DNA of 64,000 nt from Andalucia godoyi And28 (lineage: Eukaryota > Protista > Jakobida), in NCBI GenBank assembly GCA_009859145.1, contig VRVR01000011.1, forward strand, positions 12,097 to 76,096, in the 5' to 3' direction. Below are positions 10,063-20,579 of this stretch, piece after piece (positions within the stretch are counted from its first letter, which is position 1; every line of letters starts with the position of its first letter). Below the pieces are notes generated by a model. The model had not been told where the DNA came from, searched no databases, and was given only the letters and a program-made list of their open reading frames with translations. The translations under genes were made by a program, and so were the position numbers.

Positions 10063-10598
10063 TTTATCCCTCCATTTTGTGGGAAATGACAATCCGAGGG
10101 CAGCATCCCGCTTTTTGAGAACGACACATTTCCGTCCAGTCAAGTTTCTATGTAGGAGGATCGAAACGTGAAGAAACCTGTGTGAAGTTTGTAAATTCCG
10201 CTGCCATCTTCGTACTGCGTGCGATAAGAAAAACGATCGTATGGGAGCAGCAAATTGAGGGTGTACACAACGGCTAACAATGCAAACAAGATGGCATGCT
10301 TGTGTCGGAGTCATTTTTGGTCCCAAAGAGCCGGGTCTATGACCGTTCTCCACGTCCAGTGACGTTTCGTCAACACAGTAAACTAAAGCACTGTTGAACA
10401 GTTGGAAATGGTGTGGAACGATCGGTGACGGCGGGGTGTTCGTTTTTAGCATCCATCACGAATCTCTTTCGGAGCATTTGCTCCCGACTGCGGGGAGTTC
10501 TCGTGTTGCAGGCAGAGCCTGGTTACGGTGCTGCATGACAGCCTGCCTTCCCGACCTCTTGCTGCGCTTCACAGCGCAGTGATCGGCTGTCTCGATTC

Positions 10599-11234
10599 AT
10601 GCCGGTGGCGTTCAGAAATCTTTCGCTCCTAGCAGCAAACGAGAACGCAGCGAACGGATTTTCAAACCCTCGAGGCCCATTCTTTTTCCACAGTTCTCTG
10701 CAGTTACGGTTCACGCGTCTATTCAGCTCTCATCTTATTTATTCTCCTTTCCGTGGACACATTGTGCACCGATCCTTTGTTTCTCTCCTCCTCCTCATAT
10801 CGCGAGTTTTGCTCTGTATTGTTGCGATCTTTATGATGGGTTCAACTGTTCATGGCCAAATTTCATGCATGTTTGAGAACCACCGCGCATCTCAGTCTGG
10901 CGTTGTGAGGGCGAACTTCACTCCGAACTGCGCTGCGCTGTTCAACATGCTGAATGCTGTGGAAGGAAGTATTGTTTGTGGCACCCGGACAGAGGGCAGT
11001 CGTCTGCTGGTTCCCTTGATCTCTGGAGGCATCGCATTCGACGTTGATTTGTTCTCGACAGATAAGTGCAATGCAAACTGGGCGACCTGGGGATGTTCCT
11101 GCAGCAGGACTACCAAGAAGGCTTCAATGCCCCTTGCCATTGAGAAGTTCGGAGCAAGCGTGCTCTCCAAGGACGCTGCCTCTCTGAAGACTTTGTTGGA
11201 TAATGCATGTGCGGCGTTTACCAGCACTGCTTAA
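10599..11234 (+). CDS. Hypothetical small Cys-containing protein, possibly secreted; start uncertain
   Basis: ORF with a hydrophobic stretch (LLLLISRVLLCIVAIF) followed by a ~130-aa Cys-containing domain. Confidence 0.4.
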   Translation: MPVAFRNLSLLAANENAANGFSNPRGPFFFHSSLQLRFTRLFSSHLIYSPFRGHIVHRSFVSLLLLISRVLLCIVAIFMMGSTVHGQISCMFENHRASQSGVVRANFTPNCAALFNMLNAVEGSIVCGTRTEGSRLLVPLISGGIAFDVDLFSTDKCNANWATWGCSCSRTTKKASMPLAIEKFGASVLSKDAASLKTLLDNACAAFTSTA

Positions 11235-11613
11235 AATATCAGCGGCTTATCTATTATTTCTTGAATATTTTCCACAGATGCACTATCCTACCTGGCTATA
11301 TGAATTCATTCTCAGACGCCTGCTGTTTCTTGGACAAGAAAACACATCGGTGCGCGAACCGGCAGCGAAGCCCAACAACTTAAGAAACTGCACGTCATGA
11401 GCTGGCTAAAAGGTTGCATATGATGAACAGAGGGTCAGTCTGTTGTATCGGGAGACGAGCGTATGAACACTAAGCAAGACTTGACGGATCAATCCATAAT
11501 GAAAGAGCAAGCAACTGTTGTGAATGTCACGGGTGGGACCGAATTTCGGGCTTCGGTGTTATGAGACCCGCTACAGATCAATCACAAAGGCTGTGAAAGT
11601 AATCATGCTGCAT

Positions 11614-11910
11614 CGCCTCGGTTCCAATGCAAATCAATGTTGACCAGTACTGGCAACACTCACCTCACTTTCAAGAGATTTATGCGTACAACTCCCAAAA
11701 GGAAGAAGCGCCGAGGCAGCCATCGTGCACTTTGCTCAAAAAGGAGAGGCGCTCAATATATGACTGAATAATGCTCCAAACATAAATTTCGAGAACCAAA
11801 GCCAATCACGATCCATTTCGAACTCCACAGTGTTGGTGCTCTTCAGTTGCTTCGTCGTGGACTACAACATCTCCGTATTCTGCAACTTTGATGATCAGAT
11901 GCTGGTGAAG
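11614..11910 (-). mobile_element. Highly decayed third Fanzor/TnpB remnant (tentative)
   Basis: Minus strand reads HQHLIIKVAEYGDVVVHDEATEE then HCGV/MDRDW after a 1-nt shift. Downstream CAACATTGATT...GAGGCG resembles the family B right end. Confidence 0.35.
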
Positions 11911-12299
11911 ACGTCCAGGGCAATATCAGATTCCATCTTGTCTAAATGAAGAGTTTCTCTTTGCATTCTTTTTCCGTGGCAGTTGTGCCGGAGCGGCGTG
12001 CGTGGTACTTTCGAATGGATTCGATGGAATAGAGGCGTTTACGATTTACCCGATCTATCCAGAGGAAGCCCCGTCATCGTCTGAGCGTCATGAAAGAGAT
12101 ATCAAAGTGTTTTGGCTTTCACCGCGCTCGCTTCGAGGTACTTTTTTTTTCACGGGATTCCGAATTTCGCATCTCATTTGGTTCGTTTTTAATTATAAAA
12201 ATCTCGGTTCGAAACATAACAAACGCCGTTTTTAATAAAGAGTTGCCTTTAAAGTGGCGGAAACATTTTGAATAACAATTAACGGACAGGATCAGACAG

Positions 12300-12408
12300 C
12301 GCCTGCATTGCACGCTGACCACGGATAATCATCGCTGATCACCCATAATCAATGTTGCAACCCAACGTGCATAGCATGATTGGGAAGGGGGTAGGCCCCG
12401 AACACGCC
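12300..12408 (-). ncRNA. Putative Fanzor omegaRNA scaffold (family B)
   Basis: On the minus strand: an 11-bp stem ATGGGTGATCA-GCGA-TGATTATCCGT (GNRA loop, G.U-type pairs), a GGGG-CCTA-CCCC hairpin and a CCCAA...TTGGG stem. Confidence 0.72.
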
Positions 12409-12696
12409 CCTCGGCATGAGAGACGTTCCTAAGAGAGATGTTACGTTGCATGGACAGTAAAAATAAAAATAAGAAATGAGCGTCGCTGTGCGAGAATGCA
12501 ACGCGGTGGCGTGTTTATAGGGATTTCATGATCAAAATGGGACGAAACGAATCGGGCATCGTGTGACAGAGTTGATTAAGATAGCAAACGCATGCGCATG
12601 CGCATGGGCGCGTGGCAGTGTTTTTGGTTTGCGTGCACTTTGGATTGCTGCATTATACAGTATCGCAATAAGTGGCAGCGGCAAATTTTCCGAATT
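12300..12696 (-). mobile_element. Non-autonomous Fanzor2/TnpB derivative, family B, copy 1 (minimal ends-only form)
   Basis: Collinear with 55660-56322 but lacks about 250 bp of its internal ORF remnant. Right end TGCAGGCG at 12300. Left homology is clear to 12677 and tentative to the shared TCCGAATT (12689-12696). Confidence 0.85.
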
Positions 12697-12965
12697 GTCT
12701 GGCATCAAGATTCACAAATCAAATCGGGAAAAAGCCGGGCTTGCAAAAAGAATTGAGCATCACGAGTGTGTGTGACTTCAAACTTCAAAAGGAAAATCAC
12801 CCCCATTTGCGATCCTTTTATTTGTCTTTTTTTGGATTTTTCTCCTCCCGTCATTCACTTTTTTTTAATGCTCCTTTCCAAGCATTGAACGTTCTTCCGG
12901 AGCATCATCATTTTTTCCCAAGGCAGATAGCATCGAAGAACATCTTCACCTGCCTAAACAATCCC

Positions 12966-13961
12966 ATGGATCCGTGTTCTGTCATTCCAATGAATGAGTC
13001 CCGGTGGACGAAAGTTGTCGTGGTTTTGCTGCTTTCCGTCATCGCACTCGCAGTTTCTGGAGCATTCGATGCCTCTCCTTCCTTCCCTGTTTCTGGGGTT
13101 GATGAAAAGGGTGATACGAAGAAGGGACTTGATGCGGAAAAGATAAGGGATCCACAAGCTGAGTCGTCATTGACGTCTCGTTATCGGGGCTTGCTGTCGC
13201 TGGCAGACGATGATCCCTTTTTGTTTTCTCCATCTTTTCCATTGCCATTTAATCGGACGTCAGGAAAGCTGTTGATCGATACCAAGAGATTTAAGAGGGT
13301 GCGCCTGGATGTTGGTCTTGCTTGGAACGCTCCAAACAGCCAGTACTGGTTTTCTCGAGATTCTGCTAACAATCTTCTCGTGTTCGGTTTTGAGCCTAAC
13401 CCGTTTGGACTGGCAAAAATAATTGCAGGTAAGCATACACCGGACGATTACAGGAACTACAAAATTCTGGAAAACAAGAGAGTGTTTGATTCGTGGTATC
13501 CTGTGAACGTGGCTCTGTCCGACAAGGGACCTCGTGTATCCAAATTTTACCTGTCTGTCGGTGATGGTGGGTCGTCCTCCTTACTGCCGATCAATCCCGC
13601 TTCGGGTTTGCAGGTAGAGCGAGAGATTACTGTGCCCACAATTCCTTTGAAGCTTTTCCTTGATGTGTTCCCATTTCAACAAATTCCGTTTATTGAGCTT
13701 TTGAAGATCGATGCACAAGGGCACGATCTCAAAATTCTGCACGGCGTTGGAGAGGAGTATCTTACCAAACACATTGCGTGTGTAGCCCCAGAAGCTGACG
13801 GGACATCCAGTCAGTACATTGGCGAGACCCATTCTGCCAATGACATTGCAACGTTCCTCACCAGACTGGATTTCAGATTAATTAATCAGCAGCAGTTCAT
13901 GTGGAAAAACCGTCGATTTCCAAACTTCCCCGAAAGTGAATGCTTCATCGAGGGGCTATGA
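12966..13961 (+). CDS. FkbM-family (Methyltransf_21) SAM-dependent methyltransferase, type II membrane
   Basis: N-terminal TM (VVVVLLLSVIALAVSG); RLDVGLAWN, VFGFEPNP, VNVALSD and LLKIDAQGHDLKIL motifs. Start moved to MDPCS because the longer ORF runs into the Fanzor left end. Confidence 0.8.
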   Translation: MDPCSVIPMNESRWTKVVVVLLLSVIALAVSGAFDASPSFPVSGVDEKGDTKKGLDAEKIRDPQAESSLTSRYRGLLSLADDDPFLFSPSFPLPFNRTSGKLLIDTKRFKRVRLDVGLAWNAPNSQYWFSRDSANNLLVFGFEPNPFGLAKIIAGKHTPDDYRNYKILENKRVFDSWYPVNVALSDKGPRVSKFYLSVGDGGSSSLLPINPASGLQVEREITVPTIPLKLFLDVFPFQQIPFIELLKIDAQGHDLKILHGVGEEYLTKHIACVAPEADGTSSQYIGETHSANDIATFLTRLDFRLINQQQFMWKNRRFPNFPESECFIEGL

Positions 13962-14187
13962 TACAACGCGCGTTTACCATGCGGAAAAATACGTAACACC
14001 CCACCCCACCCCACCGCACCCAAAAAAAAAAAAAAAGAATAAAACGAATTGTAAAATATCATCTTTGCGAATTCACCATGGTGACAGGCAGTATGCAAAG
14101 GAAGGATGGAGCAGAAGGAATGCAGGACGGTACGGCACGACAAAGCGTTCTTGATCTGATAAAGGATGTTTAATGACGTAGAATTTC

Positions 14188-15327
14188 TCACAGAACTTCG
14201 TACGAGAAAAGAGAGCCAAACTTCTTTTGCACTTCCTTGATAATCGCAGGTTGGTCCTTGATAACAACGCGCTTTCCGGCTTTGGCAACAATGGAGGCCA
14301 CGACAAGTTTTTGAGAATTGTCAATCATCGGGACAGGACACATGGGCTTGTACGCAACGCCCGAGAAGACATATTCCTCCTTGTTTTGCAAAATGAGATC
14401 TGCAGCCATTTTCTTTGAATGCCACTCATTCGACGCATCGGAAGCAGCAGACAAGTGAGCCATCACACCGACGGACGATGAATAGTGTGAAAGGGCCTTG
14501 TTGTCTCTTGGATAGCACGGGCCTCCATATCCGTATCCAGGACGCATGCACTTGTTGCCGATTGAGTCATCAGCACCTAATGCTTCACAGATGGCGTACT
14601 TGTCAGCACCCGGAGTTGCATCTGCAATGTCGCCGATCATATTTGCAAAGGCAATTTTCATGGTGCGGAAGCAGTTCGAAGACAACTTTGCAATTTCTGC
14701 GGACGCCGAAGACATGATGCATACCTTGGGAGGGTGGGGGCTGGACTGACTCAGCGTTCCGTAGATGTGCCGCATCACGGGCTCCACAGCTGGGTCATCA
14801 ATTCCGGCAAGAACAATCCCAAAGTAACCACCGTTTTGATACCCTTCCACGACAGATCCTTGGGCGACAAATGCAGGATTATACGACAGAGTGCAGTTTC
14901 TGGCCAAGCTTTTCGACACAAGGAACCTCCCGATATTCCGAACGAACCCAGGCATTACTGTGCAAGAGATAACCAGATGCTTGTTAGAAACATTGGAGCT
15001 TTCGATGGACTGCAGAACGCTCGACAGACGAGAGTGGTCGTAAAAGTCGTCAGAACCGGAAAGAGGAGTTTCCGTCAGTATGTACACCACGTCGCCATGT
15101 GCCAGACCGGCCTGCAGATCAGTCGTCGCAGCAAAGCGCTTGCACCCAGCCAAAAGGTCATTCACTCCCGGCTCATCGGAACGAAACGTCTTTCTGTTCA
15201 GAGAATCGCAATAATCTGCGCGAACGTCAACACCCACAACGTCGAACCCGACATTTTCCAAACATAGTGCAAAACACAGTCCCAGGCGCCCGATGCCAAT
15301 AACAGTGATTTTATTAGGAAGGCCCAT
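14188..15327 (-). CDS. UDP-glucose/GDP-mannose dehydrogenase family protein with a short C-terminal domain
   Basis: ITVIGIGRLG Rossmann motif, YNPAFVAQG, KLSSNCFRTMKIAFAN, catalytic GYGGPCYPRD. Confidence 0.9.
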   Translation of the reverse strand: MGLPNKITVIGIGRLGLCFALCLENVGFDVVGVDVRADYCDSLNRKTFRSDEPGVNDLLAGCKRFAATTDLQAGLAHGDVVYILTETPLSGSDDFYDHSRLSSVLQSIESSNVSNKHLVISCTVMPGFVRNIGRFLVSKSLARNCTLSYNPAFVAQGSVVEGYQNGGYFGIVLAGIDDPAVEPVMRHIYGTLSQSSPHPPKVCIMSSASAEIAKLSSNCFRTMKIAFANMIGDIADATPGADKYAICEALGADDSIGNKCMRPGYGYGGPCYPRDNKALSHYSSSVGVMAHLSAASDASNEWHSKKMAADLILQNKEEYVFSGVAYKPMCPVPMIDNSQKLVVASIVAKAGKRVVIKDQPAIIKEVQKKFGSLFSYEVL

Positions 15328-15803
15328 ATTTAGAATTTCTTTTTTTTTCCCCCTCTCTCCTTCTTATTTGTCTCTGTGAAAACACCAAGCAAAATGGAGC
15401 GGTAGAATCCGCAGCAGGTTTTTCTCTCGATGTGCTCGGTGGGAGTCGTCAAAGATGTTCGAATCACGGCTGGGAGGGTGGGTCACCCCCATCGGGAATT
15501 CGATGGAGAAAGAGAGTTGTTTTTTGATTGGAGGCAATTGATTCGTCAGCCCCGGCCAACTTCTCCTACACAAGCAGACATGTGTGAGCAAGCTGTCAAC
15601 ACAGTTCATCAAGCCATGTAAGCCACTCACCACAGCTCTTACTTCGTGAGAACGGAAATAAAACACAATAATTTTTACTGTCCTTCCTCTTTTTTTTTTT
15701 AAATTTTGGACTTGTCAGTTTGTGTGCTACGTCCACATCACCCCCCGCCCCAACCCAAAGTGCATCTGCATCTGGTAACGGTTTTTTCATTCAAAGGGAA
15801 GAG

Positions 15804-17033
15804 ATGCAGTTCGATCGGCGGTATATTTGGGTCTTTGCTATTGCGATCGCGGCCGGCGTGTTTGTGCATTATCGACTTGGTGCGGTTCATACACAGTCTT
15901 CGGTTCCAATCGCGAAGCCCAAAGCTCCTGCCGCGGTCCCCGAAGAGCTGCGCTCCAGGTTTTACATGAACACTTCGTTGCCGTTTGATCCTCTATTTGA
16001 CGAACGGTTGCCGTTCAAGAATTTTGCCGTCAAAAATATGCCGTTTGTGGACTATGGAATTCGGTTTCTTGAATTGTGGCAAAATCCAAAATCCTGTGAT
16101 GGAGTGAAGTTTGCATTGTGGTCTTTCCGTGGACAGATTTCCGGACTGGGATCGGATTTGCATACGATTTCATGGGCCATGCAAACTGCCATCACTACCA
16201 ATCGAATTCTGCACTTCCTTCCTACAGAGAGATGGCTTTACTCATCTCCTGAATTTTGCGAGGACATTGGACTGCATTGTTACATCTTTCCCATTACAAA
16301 ATGCGAGCTTCCACCCAAAGACAAGTACGACTATACCAGGCTACCCACTATCAATTCTCCTCAGGCTAGCGATGCTCGTGTGGTCGTCATCCCATGCTGC
16401 TATGTGTCTCCATTTGATTTTGACATTCCAAATGTGTTTCTTTCTGACGAATCCATCGATTGGAAGCAAATTGATGAAAGAGTTCAAGTGCGTAAAACAT
16501 GGTGGAGAACCGTGTTCACAGGCTTCCTTTGGGCTCGTCTGCGTCCAGAGATGCATTCCTGGATGCGGGATTTTATCAAGGCATCCGTACGAGAATCTGA
16601 TCTGGCCAAGGATGCTGTTTGCATTCACATTCGACATGGTGATAAGGCCCGCGAGATGCAGCTCCATCCCTTGAGGGACTATGTTGAGGGTGCTGCAAGG
16701 ATCGTTGAACAACTTGGAATTGACAAGCGGATTTTCTTGTCAACGGATGATGAAAACGTGATTCTCGAGCTGGGGAATTTCAAGGACTGGGAAATCTTTT
16801 ATCTTAATCAAGAGCGACACAACAATATGTCGCCAATGCAGCAGGCAGATGCAATGAAGGGAACTAAGTTTCTGCAGATATCGCTCGCCAATCTGTTGTT
16901 CCAGACGATGCCCTCATGTCGTGGTTGGGTGCAGACAACGGGAAGCAACTGGTGTCGATTAATTAATGAGGTTCGACGTCTCCAAGGAGCAGAATACTTG
17001 CCGTTTGTAGACCTGGAGTATGGCGAAGTATAG
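15804..17033 (+). CDS. Alpha-1,6-fucosyltransferase-like (FUT8/NodZ, GT23-type) type II membrane protein
   Basis: N-terminal TM; GLGSDLH, VCIHIRHGDK, RIFLSTDDENVI and GWVQTTGSNWCRLINE correspond to the GDP-fucose motifs. Confidence 0.8.
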   Translation: MQFDRRYIWVFAIAIAAGVFVHYRLGAVHTQSSVPIAKPKAPAAVPEELRSRFYMNTSLPFDPLFDERLPFKNFAVKNMPFVDYGIRFLELWQNPKSCDGVKFALWSFRGQISGLGSDLHTISWAMQTAITTNRILHFLPTERWLYSSPEFCEDIGLHCYIFPITKCELPPKDKYDYTRLPTINSPQASDARVVVIPCCYVSPFDFDIPNVFLSDESIDWKQIDERVQVRKTWWRTVFTGFLWARLRPEMHSWMRDFIKASVRESDLAKDAVCIHIRHGDKAREMQLHPLRDYVEGAARIVEQLGIDKRIFLSTDDENVILELGNFKDWEIFYLNQERHNNMSPMQQADAMKGTKFLQISLANLLFQTMPSCRGWVQTTGSNWCRLINEVRRLQGAEYLPFVDLEYGEV

Positions 17034-17481
17034 TATTTCAACGTCTGACTGCGAATCTTGAGGACCCATCTGGTTTGGCGATGGATTGTGGATCTACACA
17101 GACACTGCTTCCGCATGCACGAGCGGAAATTCGCAGAGAAATTTTTCTCGAGATCGCTCAAGGACTGCTGCCAGAGGATCCCTATTACGAATTCGTCATC
17201 CGAGACTTTGACATTCTGTTTTCATGCATATCTGGTGCTCAGATCCTCTTATTCTGGCGCCGGGGGAATAGACCGCCGCCTACGCTGCTCGCTAAGCATG
17301 GCGCCCTTTGGCAATGTGTGTTGAATTGCCCGTTGTCATGCAGCACCACAACAATAATGCCGAGTATGTAGCAATCATTAGCACACGGAGAGCAGCGTCA
17401 AACGGCACTAATCGTAAAATGACAGCTGACAAAGTTGTTTTACTATTCACACTCTACACGTCTGCAGCTCTGCAAACACAA

Positions 17482-19044
17482 TCACACGTAACTGTATAAA
17501 TAAAGCGGCTTCTTCATGTATGATTTGAAGTGCAGCGCTCTCTCTTCAAGAATGATCCGCGAAACGGTAGAACACATTGTAAATCCTGAGGCATCTGACA
17601 AAAACAGCTCGGCATTTGCAGCAATGATTTGTTCGATTACCATATTGTAGATAAAGTTTTCTTTTCGGGGATCTGCGCCATTCGCAACGTCGAATTTGAG
17701 CGCTCGATAAGGAGCCACCGACTGAACAAACGCATCCCAGTCCGCCTGAAGACCAACGTTGGTTGCAACAAATACAGTATTCAAGTTGTTCTGCTCCAGA
17801 ATCTGGCGAACCGCTCGACCGACATTCTCGGGCTTTGTTCGATCCATGTGGGACGACCCAAAACCGCCCATCTCTGAATGCCCCCTGTCTCCGCGTCTCC
17901 AATGGAAAGACATGTAGTGAAAATCGGTCGATAGGTTCATGACCCTCATTGCGTGTGCCGCAGCGCTAAACAAGCCATCATGAAATTCCATGGCAGATCG
18001 AATGTGCCAATAGAACTTCCCTGGCCAATCATGCCAATTTGGAGAATCTCCAAGGAGGTTTGTGCGTCGCATATGAAACGCCACCAATGGATCATTTTCC
18101 GCGGCGCCGACAAACCCGTGGAGCGCCGCGGATTCCATTTTTGGTTTCGGTGCGTTCCAATTAAAAGTCTGCTGTTTGTCGACAAACCATGTTCTGCCGT
18201 TCACGGTGAACATGCGAGGAATGCGAGAGTCGTCGATCGTGTGAAGCAGATCAATCCGGCCTTTCAGTTTCTTGTAGTAGACATCATGGGGGACAATCGA
18301 ATCCTTGAGCAAAGCTTCTAGTTTCTGGGTGTCAAAGATGTCCGAGTAGAGAAACGTTCCAGAAAATATAACATCGTGCTCGGAGCGTCGAGAAGGGTCT
18401 GTGAACACAATCTCATAAAAGGACGCATTACGGTTCTCCCCCAGCATCCACGGCTCGTACAACTGTCGACCGGATGCAAGTTTAAAGAGAATGACTTCCA
18501 TAATATTGAATCGCATCGCGTTGAACAGCTCGGCATGCTGAAACGGGTTGAAAAACGGAAGCTCCACGTGCAGCAGAGCACGGTCCTGACGAAGCGGAAC
18601 TCGCAAAGCCGAGTCGATTTCGGCATCTGAAAAGAACTGCGGCTTGACATCCCAGTCAAAAGGCACTCCATTCGATGATTTCAGAAGTTTCTTCAAGGAC
18701 TCTGTCGCGGTGTCGAGTTTGGCAGATTTCCACATTAACGCACCAGACGAACAACCTTGCTGTGGACGCAAAGGGCAGTCAGAATCCAGATTACTGTTCT
18801 TCTGCTTGGACGCTTCAGCATCGTTCTTTTCTGGGTTCTGAGAAGTAGGAGCCACCAGTGTATCATCCGAAAAAGACGAACGGAGTCCTTCAGCATTCCA
18901 CGAAGGAATCCCGTGGCGTCGAACATAAATAATGCTCAATGCTACTAAAGAAAGACCGCATATTAGCAACGCATTGCGAGATACCCGGAACGGCAACAGT
19001 CTCCCGCTGCCGGAAATTAGCGGATTGTCCGAGTTCCCAATCAT
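17482..19044 (-). CDS. O-fucosyltransferase-family (GT65/68-like) type II membrane protein
   Basis: N-terminal TM; YMSFHWRRGD, VFVATN and IEQIIAANAELFL...STVSRII motifs. Confidence 0.7.
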   Translation of the reverse strand: MIGNSDNPLISGSGRLLPFRVSRNALLICGLSLVALSIIYVRRHGIPSWNAEGLRSSFSDDTLVAPTSQNPEKNDAEASKQKNSNLDSDCPLRPQQGCSSGALMWKSAKLDTATESLKKLLKSSNGVPFDWDVKPQFFSDAEIDSALRVPLRQDRALLHVELPFFNPFQHAELFNAMRFNIMEVILFKLASGRQLYEPWMLGENRNASFYEIVFTDPSRRSEHDVIFSGTFLYSDIFDTQKLEALLKDSIVPHDVYYKKLKGRIDLLHTIDDSRIPRMFTVNGRTWFVDKQQTFNWNAPKPKMESAALHGFVGAAENDPLVAFHMRRTNLLGDSPNWHDWPGKFYWHIRSAMEFHDGLFSAAAHAMRVMNLSTDFHYMSFHWRRGDRGHSEMGGFGSSHMDRTKPENVGRAVRQILEQNNLNTVFVATNVGLQADWDAFVQSVAPYRALKFDVANGADPRKENFIYNMVIEQIIAANAELFLSDASGFTMCSTVSRIILEERALHFKSYMKKPLYLYSYV

Positions 19045-20009
19045 ACCTAGTACAATGTGACAGTGTGTGTGTGTGTGTGTGTGTGTTTTTTTTTTCTTGT
19101 TTTTTTTTTCCTCCTTCCCCGTTTTGAGGATTGTGTGATTAAATTTCTGGAGGGAAATTCAGATCCTTTTGATGGGGCTTGTCTGGCGTCCCGTCATTCC
19201 CCCCGTGTTTTTCTTTTTTTGATCCCTTTTCTGATGTCTGCGGGCAGAATGGATGAGTTGACAGCCGTCGACCCCGGTGTTGATTGAGAGGTGGGTTCGG
19301 CCCAATGCCGCCAAAAATGCCTCTCAGGCTGGATCTAGACAATTCCTCATGGAAAAAGCAACGCTGGAAGATATGGAGGAGAACAAAGAGAAGCAGATGG
19401 TTGGCACAAGCGCTGAAGGAAGTCAAGAGAATTGCGTATCTTCGAATGTTTCGAGGGTGGTATATGTACTGTGAGACGGAACAAGATTGTTGATGGGGAT
19501 GATTGCGCAGCTTGTTTTCCCTCTTTGGACGCAAGTATCAGACCATCGATCCGCTTGTGTCCAACCGGCTTGTGAAACAAAAAATAAAAATGAAAAAGAA
19601 AGAAAGAAAGAAAAAGCTTATCCCATGGTTACAAACGATTTACAGCGATTCCAAATGTGATCGAGCACTCCAGTTCAACACACCGCCTTATCTGAATGCG
19701 AGCATCGTCTTGCTGGGGATCGCGACGCTGCTGAATGGACGCATCGCATCCTTGAAGAATTCGGATGGCATCCGGGTCCCTTTTGTCGCTTGTATCCAAG
19801 GTGGCAGTGTGCTGGTCTGCTTCAACGTTTGTAAAAATAAAACAACAATTCCTTGGAGATCCAATCGATACGGGGCATTTCTCCCTCAGCTTCGAGTTTC
19901 ACCACTTTCAAAACAAAAAGAAAACAAAGAAAAAGACTTTCACCATGTATGCCAAGACGTCGTCTTTTCTCTTTGCAGTTTGCAGTTTCCTGACTCCGTC
20001 CCTACGAGA

Positions 20010-20579
20010 ATGACGCGCGTTGTCGTGAACGGCAAAGAATCCAACTCCTTGCTAACATATGCGGATGACCCGCAGGATCTATCCTCTGGAATACACGTGT
20101 TTGTAGATGACCACGGATCGATTGAACGCGTCATTACTTCGGACCCTTCTTGGAATTGCTTGCACTGTTCGTTTGGACGAGATGGAGAGTCCATTCATCT
20201 TGACGTATCACCCACGTCGTCCTCGATTCTCGATAGATCCTTTTCTCGATCCGTGATGATGACTGCGTCCTCCTCCAATGCATTTCACGGAGCTCAACCT
20301 GAAACGAAGAGTGCATTTCTGGAAGATTTCTCGTCCAGGAACAGATTGATTCAAGGGATTTTGGACGATCTTCGAGACAAGCGACCCCACAATGTTCGCC
20401 AGCTGTCGTTCGACGAGAGGAGCAGCATTCCGTTAGCAAGTGCAGAGCCCGTGCGCTCCAAGCCTCGCAATGTCAGCCCAGATCCGTCTGATGGATCTCG
20501 TGGTAGCGTCATGTGTTCGCCGTATAGGGGAGTTCGTGTATCAGAAGCATATAATCGGTTCCGCACATCCCCGAAATGA
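20010..20579 (+). CDS. Hypothetical Ser-rich protein; 5' exons possible
   Basis: The 3' part of ORF 19503-20579 looks coding; the upstream part is an A-rich spacer. Confidence 0.4.
   Translation: MTRVVVNGKESNSLLTYADDPQDLSSGIHVFVDDHGSIERVITSDPSWNCLHCSFGRDGESIHLDVSPTSSSILDRSFSRSVMMTASSSNAFHGAQPETKSAFLEDFSSRNRLIQGILDDLRDKRPHNVRQLSFDERSSIPLASAEPVRSKPRNVSPDPSDGSRGSVMCSPYRGVRVSEAYNRFRTSPK

Noticed and set aside
17075-17371. 98-aa ORF between the two fucosyltransferases
   Set aside because: No recognisable family and no clear start context; possibly 3' UTR.
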